This document shows positions 48,129-62,013 of a DNA stretch of 64,000 nt, one piece after another (the stretch's first letter is position 1; the number at the start of each line of letters is the position of its first letter). The translations under genes were made by a program, and so were the position numbers. Below the pieces are notes generated by a model. That model saw only the letters and a list, made by a program, of their open reading frames with translations, did no database searches and was not told the DNA's origin. The stretch is from positions 723,692 through 787,691 of the forward strand of contig JAQGDQ010000056.1 in NCBI GenBank assembly GCA_030141605.1, written 5' to 3'. This DNA is from Tubiluchus corallicola. Taxonomy: Eukaryota; Animalia; Priapulida.

Positions 48129-49884
48129 AATAGCTTTTGTAATAACATTGTAATAGTGTCTGTAGTGAAGTTGTTGCTATGGTAATCATGTTCAATTTAT
48201 TTTGTTATTTTGTTTTATTTCGACTTGCTTAATTTTTCTACAAAATTAAGCTACGTCGTTCAGTACCAGATATCTGCAATCCTGTGTATTCGCTTGCCTT
48301 CTCTTTGTGTATCTGGCTATAATTTTTTATTATGAAAGATTTTGCTCTCGCGTCTTTTGCTTTCACATTTGAAAATTTTTGTCGCTTCTTACAACTAGTC
48401 TGAAAAGTTAAATGGAACAAACTTCTCAATCCAATTAATTTTGGCCCAAATAATTGACTAACCAGAATGTTTACGTGAACTCTCTGTATCCCGAAGAGAT
48501 TAAATTATTTCTTGGAGAGTTTGTTTTTGTGAGTTATATAAAAAAAGCCATGGTGTATTTATGCCACATTTGTTTGACTAATACTTTGTTCAGACTAAAA
48601 TTCTTGGTTAAATTTACTATAAGCAAGTGTGACTCCTAGAGCTATTATGTGAGTTTTAATACATGCACTTTGTTGTGGACATCCTTTACTACATTGCAAG
48701 AGTTTTTAGTTATATTATTTGCAACTTTTTTGACATCTTCTCTGTACCTGACTGTCAGACCTTATCTAGAGATAGAAGCTTTTATACCCTTTTTTATACA
48801 GAGAAAAAATGTCCAGCGTCAAAGTCGCAGCTATAAAAGATATTCTAATTACGGTATTCAAGTTAGGCGTGAGCCGGCGTTGCGGGAGGAAGTGTATATG
48901 AGATTGCGTTAACGAGATCAGTTTCGAACTTCCGAGACCACTTCTGAAAGTTTTAAGCACAGGTCCTACTCTCATTTCTTTTGGTATGTACATGGTCTAA
49001 TTAAGACAACGCAGGGCCAAGGGCACAATCTAACCCAGCCCAAAAATTAGGGTCCCAGTCCACCACAGCCCAAAAATACTATCGGAAAAACATCTTAACT
49101 ATACTCCGTACACTCGTATGGGGCGCGAAACTTTTCGATTTGATTTTATAGTGCAAAACTAATTCGTTTTTGTCTATTTGTTTACGGCGTGGTTACCACA
49201 CCGGTATGGATTTTTACATGATCTTAGTACATTAATGCTTGATTTTGATGTCTTTGACTCTTAGTAAACTTCCAAAAGTAGTTTCGACGTGAACGGCAGC
49301 TTATGACGTTTTTTGCAGAGGGACGCTTAATGGTGACAAATTTGAATAAAACAAAAGTTAATAAAAATGTTTAAAATTTTCATAGTAACTTATAGTATGG
49401 TTTGCTGCAATGTATTACATACATGTACTTTGATTACACATTTTTATAACATTTATTATCGTTTATCTCGCCTTTACGCACCGTTATATAAGAATATGCA
49501 AACCTACACCCATTCATATGTAGCAATGATTTTGCAGAAAATATATTACCATTAGCCGGAACATTGACTCCTGTATAGATTAACATATAGGGGCCCATCG
49601 ATAGAACAGCATTATGACATTTTGTAGAATTCCTTTTATCAATATGTACATAGTGTGTCACTGATGTAAACAATTTTAATGTTTGCTTTTTTGAAATTCC
49701 ATTCTAAGCATAAGATTGAATTTCAAGTTTCTAGTTAACCTTACTATAGAATGCAACACGTTAGCAAAAGGAGAATCACAATATGAAATTAAAATTACAG
49801 AATTAAAGTTTAAGCAGAGCGTAACTTATGTAACTTATAAATGCCGTCACTTCTTGCGCACAGCAGCTTGTGGATCGTTAATTT

Positions 49885-51748
49885 TTAGAGCACTGCATGA
49901 ATCAAGGCTCTTAGACCAGCTGCCACTTCTTCCCCGGTTGGCAAAATCTGCTTTGCTGATAGTCTAAATCCTCCTGCTGAACTAGAACCTGGTCGAAGTT
50001 CCCACGTGTAAGCGTATTCGACGCTTTGTGCTAATATGGCGTAGTCATCGGAACATCCAGAAGCAGGGTCTGTAGAAAGTATAGCAACAACAATTTAACG
50101 CAATATTTGCTGTAACGGTGTGTGCCATTTGCCTAATGTAGTCCGCTTCTGTGGCGTACTAGTAGGCTCAGCCTTTCACTAATAGCTGAAGAGATTTCAT
50201 TTTTAGCTTGAATTAACAACGAGTGGTACAAATAAAAAATCCGAAACAGTAACAGTACACAAAAAAATTGCTTGTCCCAGCAGCAGTGAGTGGAGCTGTA
50301 CGTAAAATCACGATAATTGCCAATAAATTAATTTAGGCTGGAGTTTCTCGTAAATAATAAGCGAAAAAAGACTTATATTGATAGCGATAATTATGACCAA
50401 AGAATAGTATAGTGGTTATTCAAACTTACACAAATTAGAACTCTTGTAGGCATCATAATATTTTCCATGTACCGCTTTTATGGCTTCACTCACGACGTTA
50501 CCTTTCTGCAACTGCATAAGACAGAATAAATTTTCTGAAATTTCGACAAACAAAAGGACAAAAGTCGCTGTGCTCGCGACAAGACGTTTGTGATGCAGCA
50601 ATAGTATGCTTGTTTGAAAATGATGAACAAGCATGGTAGAGTAAACACTAAATAATGAAAAAAAGAAGAAATAGTTCGTGGGATTTACCAAATCATTGTA
50701 GTTGCTTGGTTTTGCTGCATTGCTGTAGCCAAAAGGCACAAGGATGTCTTGACCGTACGAATGCAGTGACAAGAATATTGTAACTATTTTTCCGTCCTCT
50801 TTCAAAGCTTTGATGTAGGCATCGATGTTTCTTGTTTCCGGTTCACTGAGCGGACCACTTCCGGGATAAACTTCTGAGCAAGGGTTAAAACTAACTCCAG
50901 TGGCTGTAAAAAGCGTAACAAACGACATTATTAAAAACGGGCGCTTTTCTGTATTTGTACGCCTTGTTCTGAAGTTCCGCATGTCACCGAAAAATGGTTC
51001 GAGTGTTTTCATGAAAGAGAAGGAGAAAGAGGGAGGGAGGGGGAGACAGAGCAATGTCAAAAATTACTTCTGGGTGATGTTATTAATTTTAATGGATGTA
51101 TATACATGTATATAAACAACGACAACTTATTTCCAACTTTTTTTGAAAATCCAGTCAAGATAAATGTAAAAAATACAATACCAGACATAATGAATATATA
51201 CCAAGACGTTGTAGAACAAATATGGCGAAACATTTCATTAGCTATATGGGACCAGTCCTATGGAACAGATTAAGCCGCAATTCAAAATGTAGTCACTCCC
51301 TTTTAACTTTTAAAAAAACCGCCAGAAAAGAAATATTTCAAAACTATTAAGAGTAACACAATTTGATAATGGCAATAACCTGCATTCTTTTTCCACAGTA
51401 ATCTTAATATAACGTGACTATGCTCAACAGGTTACTGAACACTTTATAATCATGATCACAGTTTTTCTTAGTTCTCGCTCCATTTCATTTTTCATTCACT
51501 ACTCCCCCTCCACTTTTATGTATATATTATCATTATGTCATTATTTAAATTATTAATCATTTTTTCAAGATTTCCACGTTCTAGGCTCAAACTGTATGCA
51601 TCAAAATTATTCTGTAATGTGATTTGCACATGTATATGCTGCATTTTGTGATTTCTGGATAATACTGTATTTATATTTATGTTTACTTCAGTGAAATTAT
51701 ATGTATTTTTATTATAATTGTTAGATGCAGAGTGGAAATAAATAAGAG

Positions 51749-51810
<62 letters not shown>

Positions 51811-54800
51811 TCACTTTGTTATAGATCGTTTGTTTACTGATATTAAATTATAATATAGCTATTAAAACAACTTTATTACTTTATCTTATGTTTTGAGTTT
51901 CACACACAGGTTTCTGAGCGGCAGACATGGACTAATCTGCTCATATTTGCGCACTTTACATAAAAATACAGGGTATTTTTTACGTCACATATTAAATTTA
52001 TTTAGTTTGTTAATCCGCCACTTTCTTTTTGTGGTAAAGTCATATTAAATAGTTGAGAATGTATTTTACTCTATATTTGAGGTTTTTTACTGTGTTCTTG
52101 TACTACATAGGAAGCACAAAGGTGGTGGTGTTACAAGCATTTTAGGTGCCTTTTTAGCAAAGGAAGTGTTTTTGCTATAGGCCTTTTTTGCTATTTGGAC
52201 TTTTGCTCAACAAAGCTTTTTTAACGGAATGCCTGTCAGTTATTTGATATTTTTTGCTAATTACTTCCTGGTTGATCTTTAGTACAAAACAAGGTGCAAT
52301 GCATTTTTGTGTACCTATTGTGGTGTATATAATAATTTGACTGAAATAGCTAGGCAAAACAAACGAAACAACGTAGATCTTACTAACTTCCCCAAAAGCT
52401 ATCAAAATTCCGGTTTAGATCGACTCCAGGACATCTGTTTCTAGGTCTGCGGTTCTTTCTCCAAAATCTATCCTGTAAATGTACAAAAGGTTATATTTTG
52501 TTCTGTAGGTAATTCATTTTCTGTTCCTCTTGCAACTGCTGTGTTATAGTAAACTTAAAAATGAGGGACTCACTCACTCACTCACTCACTCACTCTATCC
52601 CCCTCTCTCCCTCTCTCTCATTAGCTGACTGACTAAGCCGCCTATTTACACTTCCTTATGATAAAATGAATCAAACTTACTCTATTCCTGCTGAACTCGT
52701 AGCCATCAGGATTGGTTAGTGGTAAAATATGGAAAGTTGCCTTTTCTCTCAAATCAACTCCATCGGGTGAAGATAACTAAACGAAAAGTGTATGTACACC
52801 ATAATGGTATTCAGGATTTGCATTAAACAACACGGTAAATATTTTAAGCAGAAAGTGCTTTTCTATACACTTGCCATAATCACTCAAGAAAATAAATAGT
52901 TCCTTTAATAATTACCTGGACATCAAAGTGATTCATTATTCGAAGCTTTCACATTAGATTAGGACTTACTAGCTGCAACATCAGGAGTGCCAGCGGGGCC
53001 GGATATAGGCTAATATAGGCTGCAGCTTCTTGCAGTTAATAGCAGTAACTACTGCTGCAAAACAAGTTCACTCAAGCACCTGGCGGATAAGTGTTTATAC
53101 TGCACGGTACCCGGAGGACGCCATTTTTCGTTCAAATAAGTGCGCCCAAACATGAAGTAACTGCGTCTTTAATTTTATTTTATGAATTACACAAGGCGCT
53201 TAATACAGTCTTACTGCTCAAGCTTTTTAACATTTTTAAAAAATTTAAAAACATTTAAGAAATCTGTTTTCACTACGGTTGTGTTGAAAAATGTGCTAAT
53301 TTGGTTTGCAATAAATAGTAAAATAGTGGTATTTCTCAAAGTACTTTTTATTGACAAACAAAAGATAGCTTTTCTAGTTTATTTAAAGAATTTGCAATAG
53401 TTTACTTCAAGCTATGTAAATGTTGCTAAAATATATCACCAGTAAAAATATTGAAAAGAAGTGCGTGCGAGTTAGAGGTTGGCCTCATCTGAGGGAACTC
53501 ATAATTTTGGAAAAGCGCACTTTATTTTACGGTGACGACAAACCTAACCATTACATTGTCGAGAAAGAGATGATTGTGGCATCAGTTTTCTACATGAACA
53601 TAATTATGGACAATTATTGTGTGCATGGCACATGTGTTAACACGTGCCCTTAGAGTTTGAGTAGCCTGGAAAATGCAATTCATTCAGCAACGATTCATAA
53701 TGATAATTTCATGAAAAAATGTAGTTTAGCCCGTATGTTTTCAATAGTTATTTTTAGAAATATACGATGAAAATATAAAAAAAATGTAAGTATGTTTATT
53801 TTTAGAAATGCATTTTCTTTTCCTGTTCAACTAGGGCAAGAAGGGCGACTGCCCCCACTGTCCCGTCTTTCTAGCACCCCCCGTGTAACATATGTACTAG
53901 CAGTTATGCACCTTATTATTATATGACCACTATATACGTATGTTTTACATATTATATTTTATGTATATTCCGGTGCCGAAATAACAATTGAAATGCTACA
54001 AAAGGTCACACAATACGTCTCAAGAGTAACACTTGTGAGAAAAATAATACAAAATGAAATTTTAGGTAAAGGCGCAAAATGTACATGCAAAAAAAGAAAT
54101 TTGAACCATAAGGTCTCAATTGGTTTCGCTTTTGTATGCTCTTCCCGTATTGGCTGCTCTTAATAGTCTTATGGCCTAAATACACAGTCGAATTAGGATA
54201 AGTGAATTCTTTTGCGCTAAAGCACTTTTATTTGTGTTAATCGAGCACACCCATATTTGTACAACTTGAAATTTTTTCTTACATAATCAATAAGAAATAC
54301 GCAAACGGCTGGAGAGATCCATTCCCGAGCATGCGCACCGCATTCAATAAATACGTCATTTTCTTCCAAAGAAAAATCCATTGCTTGTTTTATCTGAAAA
54401 CCAATTCGAAATGTATTACAATTTTTAATTTTTTTGAAACGAAAACGAAAGCCTGTTTATCTAAAACAAAGCCAATATTAGTTAAATCACAGCTTTTTCA
54501 TGTGCTGGTTTACAGAGAGAAAACCTAGTATGCTTCGTACTTACTTTGCTTTGCGCGGCAACAATACGAAAATGTCTGGCCGCAAAACATTTATGAAAAC
54601 TGTAATTAAACTATACTAAATAGACAATATTGCATCTTTAGCGAATACATAAATTACCTTAACAACGTACATATCCCTTCCTTCGTGAGTTTTATTGTCT
54701 AGTGTTACTAGAGCTACATGATCGTGTGCGTCAGCAACTGAATAAATGTGGTTAACTATCTAAAATAAAGATAATATGTAAAAAAACAACGTAATTGTGA

Positions 54801-57800
54801 CCGACAAATGGGTAAAAATTAATGGGATCATTTAATTTGAATGAATAGGTCAACATTTATTTTAAAAAATGAAGCACGTCAGTTTATTTTTGTCCTCATC
54901 GTCGTTGTCATCGCACCCAGATATACAGTTATCGCTATAATAATTAGTATATATTAGGGTTTCTAAACAGCAAAACTGCACGAAGTATTTTGTCGACAAA
55001 AAAAGGGCCTCAGTCTTACGAATTTTGGCAACAAGACTGGCAGCAGTTTTAAAAATGGGTTAATAAGGATTTATCTGCAACTATGCATAGTGTGAGTGTT
55101 CTATTTAGTCGTGAATAATAATGAAAATTGCAGTAGCTTCATAATGCATTTTGTGATCAATCTAGGATTGTTTTACACGAGTTTCTGTGTGCTAATGAAT
55201 TGCAATTTCAACCAAGGCTACACAAATAAAGGTTTAAGATTATATATAATTATTAAGGCTCTTCATATTTTACCTCATTGTACCCGTTATAATTTGTAGG
55301 CGAATACGCTCGTGCCGTACTTTTCATATATCTGGCTTCTGCGTCTATCGAACTAAAACAAACCGAAGCTGCATGTATTGTCAGCGTAAAGAAATTTTAA
55401 CCAGAACTCGACAAAAATGTTGTGTATAGACATAATTATGTAAATCACTTATATATCTGTGAATTATAGTTTAAATTAACTAGAAGTAGAATTTTAATAA
55501 ACATTTGTGATCGAGTTGGTTTGATAATTTGTTCTTTTTTAATGCTTGATGTAAGGCTCTGTGAGTTTTGATTGATATTATCACTAAATTCTTCAATCGA
55601 TAATTCCAAAAGCTCAAAGTAGCTCAACTGAGAATTTGGAATTAAAACGACTAGTTACTAATGCACTATGATGCCACGAAGATTTTTTACAATTCGCAGC
55701 ATCTGGTTGCTTGTTAGTCAATTGCCCAGTTTTGCAATATTTTGGGTGTGCAGCTAGCCCATACGATGTTCCAAAATGCACGTACTGAAATGATGTTATC
55801 AAAAAAAATAAGAGCCATAATTTAGAAAGAATGGTGCCCGTCACTGACATGATGACGAGTTTGTCTGACAAACGTGAATTTTTGTAAAAGCCTATAATTA
55901 CCTCTGAATGTTTTCATCCATTATGTCGCAATCCAAGTGGTACGTTTCGGCCTGCTTTAGAAACCAGTCAAGCTCATTCGGGGACACAAGAAACTCTGTT
56001 ACTGTCAGCATTTTAATCTAAAGTAAAACATAATTATTAAAATGGGAAACTTTGACAAAGATAAAATGAGCTACCTTGCCCACTTTCTAAATTATTTCAT
56101 TAGTGTGAATGTAAAGATACTTTTGTCACTGGCTATACTGTGGAAGTTGAAGTGTTTGGAAATTGAAGTATCGCTTTTTATTGTCTTGAAAAATGCTATT
56201 TTAAAAGTGAGGAGATGATACTTTGTGGATGTACACACACAAGAGCAGTAAACTGGGTGAGCATTGAAATAGCTCTTTTTTCGGGTCACATTTTCAACTC
56301 CCAAAAGATTTTCGTCAGAAGTCATTAAAATCATGCTTGTGGCGAGGGAATTTCGGGAAAACCAATGCTTAAAACATACATGTATGTATGTATTAAAATG
56401 ACTATAGCTTTGCTATTATGACATACGTGTCTGGTATTAATGATGGTACAAAACCACAATTAATGAATTATTTAGACATAAAACTTGAAAGCATGGAAAT
56501 GTGAAAAGTTGGAATACAGCCCAGGAGTGAATCAAGGACCTTCACTTGTCCTTCAGTTTGCAAGGCGTATTCAGCTGGCCACCGGCCCACCATGTTGCCC
56601 TGTGATCATGGAAATCCAACGTTCATTCCTTTTGACTTTAAGACTATAAATAATTGAGTTCTCTGAGTTTGTTTGCACGTTTTGCGTTTCACATCTTTTG
56701 TTTCCTATCAAAACAAATCTATTTGCAAATGCGTTACCGGTTCAGTAGAACTTGAAATCTCGTACAATGTTATAAAATTAACTGTTATGGGTTAACATCG
56801 AGTTTACTGGATTACAAATTTCTAATGTGTACATAGTATCAAAAATGTTTACAGTCTGATGATGCATGAGATGCTTGGTGTCGAGTTAAGGCATATGAAA
56901 AGAGCCGCCAAACGTCTACTTCTAGATTTATGTAAACGTACTTTTCAAGCATTACAAGAGCAAACAATTATTTTAGGAGTGACTAATTTAATGATGTGTC
57001 TGAGCATTCAACATGATTCAGTTATTCAAGATTTGGGGTATATCAACATTTTAATATATATGTTAATGCAAGATGGCATCTATACGTTGTTTAGGCAAGA
57101 AATTTTACTAAAGCAAAAAGCCCATATACTCACGTCTCTTGTTGCTTCTTCGTTTACTAAGTTATTTAACGCAGCAATGTTTTCTTTACTTCCAAAAACG
57201 CCTATTTGTTTGTACCTTTAGAAATAAATACTGATTGTGAAAGTTGAGTTGATATAATAGGTCGATAAAAATCCCGTTAATTATAATTTTCACTTTATTC
57301 TTGGAAGTGATTAAGAGGATTAAGTGTAGTAGATGTTTGACAACAATTATTACAGTAATATAAGCTTAGATAAACAAATTTTACTTATTAGTGGCACTAA
57401 GATTAAATGAAAATGGGAGTTATGAGACTTAAAGCACAAGCAAAAACTGTTCATAAATAAAGCTTAAAAGTCACAAGGAGCAATCCATAATCCATAATCT
57501 GTAAGCTATAAGGCGTACTCTATCTTCCACAAGGCGCATGTCATAATCCGAGGTATGCGTCTTGTTCTGTGTAACTAGCAAGGCATTTTATCATAATCCA
57601 TTTTTTGGTGGGACGCACGAATTAGTTTTCTGCGTTAATGGAAAAGTCGAAACTGCGTCAACCTCTGGATCCAGTTGCAGCATAGTTCGCAAAGCAGCGT
57701 GTTAAGAATAAAAGCCCAAACGAACAATATGGTCAGACCCATCTACAGCAATGTATAGGTGAAGGAGAATTCGTAGCATTATTTCATAAAATCAAGAGTG

Positions 57801-59346
57801 ATAACCAAAAATTTTTCAACTACACTACACTAGAATGTACTAGAATGTCCGTCAAATAATTTTATTTTAATAACAGATTGTCATTCGCATATATTGTATA
57901 ATATGATTGACTGGTATGCTGCCTCCTGCATATGTAATGTGTATACATACGGTATACACATGTTTCTTATGTGGATTGTAGTAACAAGGCAATCGTAAAT
58001 AAATGTTGTGAGTTAAAAATGATTTTCAGTGTTTATAGTACATTGTGATAATTAGGGTATAGCGTAGTGAATTATTATGAAATAAATGAATTGTACATGA
58101 TAAAAACCACAAATACGCTAATTATCTCGTTAAGGACGAGCAAAAACGCCTTATGGCAAATGAAATTAATGGCCAAATATTAACCGTTAATAATAATAAA
58201 CGAAATTAAGGTGCCTTATTAACCGTTAAAACGGGTTGTGAGGAGCCTGCTACAGATTATGGCTGACGAAGGCAAATGAACTATTTGTGTGACTAGGACC
58301 ATTGGCTAACGTGCCTTCATTTTTCATGAGGCGACTTTCTCTCATACTGTCTCATAAACATTAAAATTAATAGCAATATTTAAACGCAACATTTCACTAT
58401 TAACGTAATTAGATACGTGCATTGCTGAAAGGTATTACGGCAAAACGCGTCACTATTTACACTGTTTACACTATTTACACAATTTACAGTGTAAGGAGCA
58501 TACCGCAGATTATAATATGCCTTACGGAAGACACCGTACGGCTTACGGATTATGGATTATCGCTTGTTCTCTACGCCTTTTCCTGTGTGACATGGGCCTT
58601 AATTACTTACCATCTTATTTTCCATTTCGTATTGGCTACTATAGCCGTAATGGCAAAAAGATCAGATGTACAGTTTGAGGTACATTTATTTAAAATTATT
58701 GAAGTTTCGTGTCATACCCACGGAAGTTCTTCTGGTGGTATAATAAGTTATGTACGTGTTATAACTTATCAATCTGTGTAGATGTGTTATTGTAATTACA
58801 GTTGATCAATAGGTTGACAATACAGAGTACAACAAAAATAGCAGATTTTTTTCAACGACCTAAAGGCCTGAAATGACATTCTTTTATTGGCGCCATCAGA
58901 AAAACACTTCTACACGGACTGATAAGTGATAAGTGACATGTATATAACTTATTACACAGCCTTAAGTACTTTCGTAGGTATGACACAAAACGTCAATAAT
59001 TTTAAATAAATGTACGTCAAACTGCATATCTGAACTTTTTGCCGTTACGACCAATTACGAATAGTAGCCAATACGGAAATGCCTATCAATACGAAATGAT
59101 ATAAAACAGCAGGTAATTAAGGCCCGTGTCACACAGAGAAAGGCGAAAAGAACAAGCCATAATCCATAACGTATAAGACATACTGTGTGTTCCATAACGC
59201 GTCTATTATAATCCTTGCACGGTGTGAATAGTAACGCATATCCCGAAAATAAGTGATAAAGGCACTTACCCGTCGTAACGAATCTGCTTTCCAGCTGCAG
59301 TAAAAGCATATGCAGCAAAAAGTATTAAAAACGAATTCATCTCCAT
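49885..59346 (-). CDS. CPB-like: M14A metallocarboxypeptidase, procarboxypeptidase B-like (gene A), secreted, ~409 aa
   Basis: Exons (minus): 59346-59270, 57215-57134, 56017-55902, 55352-55274, 54759-54658, 54393-54283, 52776-52681, 52472-52388, 50903-50689, 50511-50430, 50069-49885 (sum 1230 nt). Signal peptide MEMNSFLILFAAYAFTAAG, propeptide starting RYDGYK, and motifs ECGAHAREWISPAVC (H69/E72, C66/C79), NPDGY, WRKNR, GVDLNRNF, SEPET, LHSYGQ (H196), YPASGCSDD (Y248, D255) and TWELR (E270); bovine CPA numbering. Confidence 0.93.
51743..51808. repeat. (AG)n microsatellite
   Basis: Seen directly. Confidence 0.97.
52982..53885. mobile_element. Related or composite hAT-like non-autonomous element in a carboxypeptidase A intron
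   Basis: Ends caggagtgccag / ctagcacccccc. 53418-53510 matches 2408-2500 (aaatgttgctaaaatatatcac.agtaaaaatatt...catctgaggg). Confidence 0.55.
56490..56640 (-). mobile_element. Copy of the 6530 SINE-like family
   Basis: gaaatgtgaaaagttggaatacagcccaggagtgaatcaagg is near-identical to 6531-6570. Confidence 0.5.
57463..58599 (+). mobile_element. Second Harbinger relic, in carboxypeptidase A intron 1
   Basis: ~57729-57850 reads VRPIYS...GEGEFVALFHKIKSDNQKFFNY...RMS (Harbinger transposase N-terminus). The right TIR ...tgtgtgacatgggcct is followed by TAA; subterminal ataatcc/ggattat repeats; the left end is degenerate. Confidence 0.65.
58483..59230. repeat. Long imperfect inverted repeat (arms ~58483-58783 and ~58909-59230)
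   Basis: gtacatttatttaaaattattgaagtttcgtgtcatacc / ggtatgacacaaaacgtcaataattttaaataaatgtac; cgtattggctacta / tagtagccaatacg; tgtgtgacatgggccttaattac / gtaattaaggcccgtgtcacaca. Confidence 0.85.
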
Positions 59347-59429
59347 ATTGTGTAGTCTTCAGCTGTGATAAACAATTGGGCTTAGTGTTCTAGGTAGTCA
59401 GCAGAATATATTTTTGCATAAGAACTTTC

Positions 59430-59437
59430 TTTATATA
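59430..59437 (-). promoter_or_regulatory. Candidate TATA box of carboxypeptidase gene A
   Basis: TATATAAA on the minus strand ~85 nt upstream of the ATG (59346); GATA motifs nearby. Confidence 0.5.
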
Positions 59438-60039
59438 GAACAAATCATTGCACATCTATTGTACGCAGTATATTTAAGACACGTGATTATTGATTTTTCA
59501 AAGTTCAATTGGTGTTTAAATAATATAAAACTTATGTTTTGGGAAAAGTTGTTGTGTGCGACTTTGGTGGGTTGGTGAGTGAGTTGAGCCGGTAGTTTAC
59601 TTAATGAAAACTCCCGCAATAAGGAAAAAGAAACAAATTTCGATAAACTGTAATATAAGTATAAAAACTATAAATATAAATTCTTATTTTAACCGTCATT
59701 TCTGTCCAATTGGTACTACGTAAGCAGGGCTCCAGCATGCATGTGGTTGTAGCGAGATCTCATTATCAAGGATAGTCATCTAAGGTGAGAAACTGAAGCG
59801 GTATCTTAATAATATTCGGATGTATCTGTAAGATTTTGGATATGATATGTCTGCTGCATTTGCTTATTTACATTGATTTTTGTATCACTAGATGGCTGTT
59901 ACTTTCTTATCCTGAATTTTTATTTAAGCTAACTGAAAGTAGATCCATGTTCTATTTAGTTTTTGGAGGTAGCTCAAAACCTTTGTACCAACTAACTCCC
60001 TGTTAGTGATTCAATTACCAAAAGATCATCATGGATGAA

Positions 60040-60628
60040 TGTTCAATACATTGACACCAAGTTGTGTGTATTCTCGAATAAACTTCACTTTCTTTTGCAT
60101 GGAGATGTAATTTTAGTTATGCCATACACCTTGACAGCGCATGTATAATGAGTAGAAGCCAGAACAGGTGACCTTGAAAAGTTAGTTCAGGTAGAGAGAT
60201 GCTTACGTTTGGATGTTAAAAGCAGCCGTGTTAATAAAAAGCAGTGAATGTTGATGACAACATAAAAGTGTTTTTGGAGCCGACAATGGTTAGCTTGGTG
60301 TAGCTGTAGCTGGTGATGTTGGTAGACTAGACCCACTGTCAAAATCAATTATCTATATACGTCAATCTGAGGTGCAAATCCGTATTTTGGTATGAAAGAG
60401 ACTCTCATTTGCCAAGACGTATCATTCCTACATTTTCTAATCCGTGGATGAACATTTACTGTTTACCACACGCTGATCATTAACTTCTTGAAGTGAAGTA
60501 TGGGACTTGCTAGTAAAAAGGCAAAGACCTGCTGGTGAACTACAGTCTTAGGCGCCTCCCACTTACTTGCCTTCTTACTTGCCATTATTACCTTGGGAGT
60601 GGCGCTTTACTTTGGGCACACCCTGTAT
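60040..60628 (+). mobile_element. Possible Tc1/mariner relic
   Basis: The right end ...tttgggcacaccctg|ta resembles a Tc1-type TIR (TA|CAGGGTG); a degenerate FSNKLHF.LHGDV (cf. FSDEAHF.L.G.V) lies upstream. Confidence 0.35.
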
Positions 60629-61308
60629 ATTGCCCATAAATTATAGTGCTAATCAGAAAACCGTTTTTGTCAGTGTATTAAGATCGTTACTTTCCTACTA
60701 TTGTCATTGTCATTCACTGTCATTTACATCTTTTGAACTTTGTGATGTGAACGCAGCTTTAATTTCAATAAACCAACAAAAGTGTTGAATTCTTTATAGT
60801 AATCGGGTACTGTTTTGCGTTAATTTCTATTTGGTGATTGAACATTGCCTATAAACAATTAATTAGGTAACGATCTACGTAGAGTTTAAACAAATTACAT
60901 ATTTTGTTTGAAGTCCTTAGACCAAAATTTCGTCATGTTACAGCATCTGCATTAGATTCTGCATCGTCCGTATTGTAATATTATTGTAAAGGTGGAGTTG
61001 GAGATTGACTTCGGATGGCTTCAAATGACCATAGCAGCTTGGCAGATGGGAAAGACGCTATAATGACGACATTTTATCAGTGGAACATCAAGCCGTCGCG
61101 CAAATACTGTTCTGGCTATATCCCAAAACGTCAATTGATTTTTCTAAATAATATAAATTTTGCCAAAGCTTATTATTATTATTATTGTAAACCACACCAC
61201 ACCCAACACACCCCAACACAAACCACAACAAATTATTATATTACATACTGATTATTAATAAACATTCAGTGGTATTAACCTCTGTTTACAGTGTTTTCTG
61301 TGACTACA

Positions 61309-61398
<90 letters not shown>
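61309..61398. repeat. (ATT)n microsatellite
   Basis: Seen directly. Confidence 0.97.
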
Positions 61399-61400
<2 letters not shown>

Positions 61401-62013
61401 AAAACTAGATATCGATGTGCTTTCTAACCCTAATCAGCCCTAGTCAGCAGAAGTGTGAATCATGAAAAGAATGAATAAAACAATTTACTCTTTATGGTAA
61501 ATTGGGTGCATAGTAGGTTTTGTTACTTATTATAATTTTAATGTGAAGATTATTATTAAGAATGTTACAAACTGACAATTAATTAAATTTTGGTGTCAAA
61601 CTTGAAAGACATTTTTTCACATTTTCGATCTTTCACGTTTGGCATTAAAATTTAATTAATTGTGGTTTCGTAATGTCATAGTAGTTTTGTTTTTTGCATC
61701 CAGTCTATTAGTGTGGGTGCATAGGTCAAGAGATGGGAAGGGGAGAGAGACGATTAGAGAGAAGATAACTTCTTGGAGCGAGTTTTCACAAAGATTCTTA
61801 TGCTTTGTTCACGCAATTCTATTTCTCCACATATGCAGGGGCTCTCAAACAAAATGCCTAAAATAAGTATAACTTGACTTTTACTTCAACCACACGTTTA
61901 ATACCTAACATTTCATAACGAATAAACAAAAACCGTAACGTATTTCCAAGTTACCAATTACCATGTTTAGTTGAATAACCAATAATTATTATAACCTCTT
62001 GTCACGTTAATTT

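Noticed and set aside
49940-50000. Apparent frameshift in the last exon of carboxypeptidase A
   Set aside because: On careful re-reading the frame is open: ELRPGSSSAGGFRLSAKQILPTGEEVAAGLRALIHAVL*.
56092-56334. Hammerhead-like CTGACGA...GAAA on the minus strand next to a DTSISKHFN (GIY-YIG-like) fragment
   Set aside because: Stem I cannot form and stem II has a mismatch; at most a very decayed PLE scrap.
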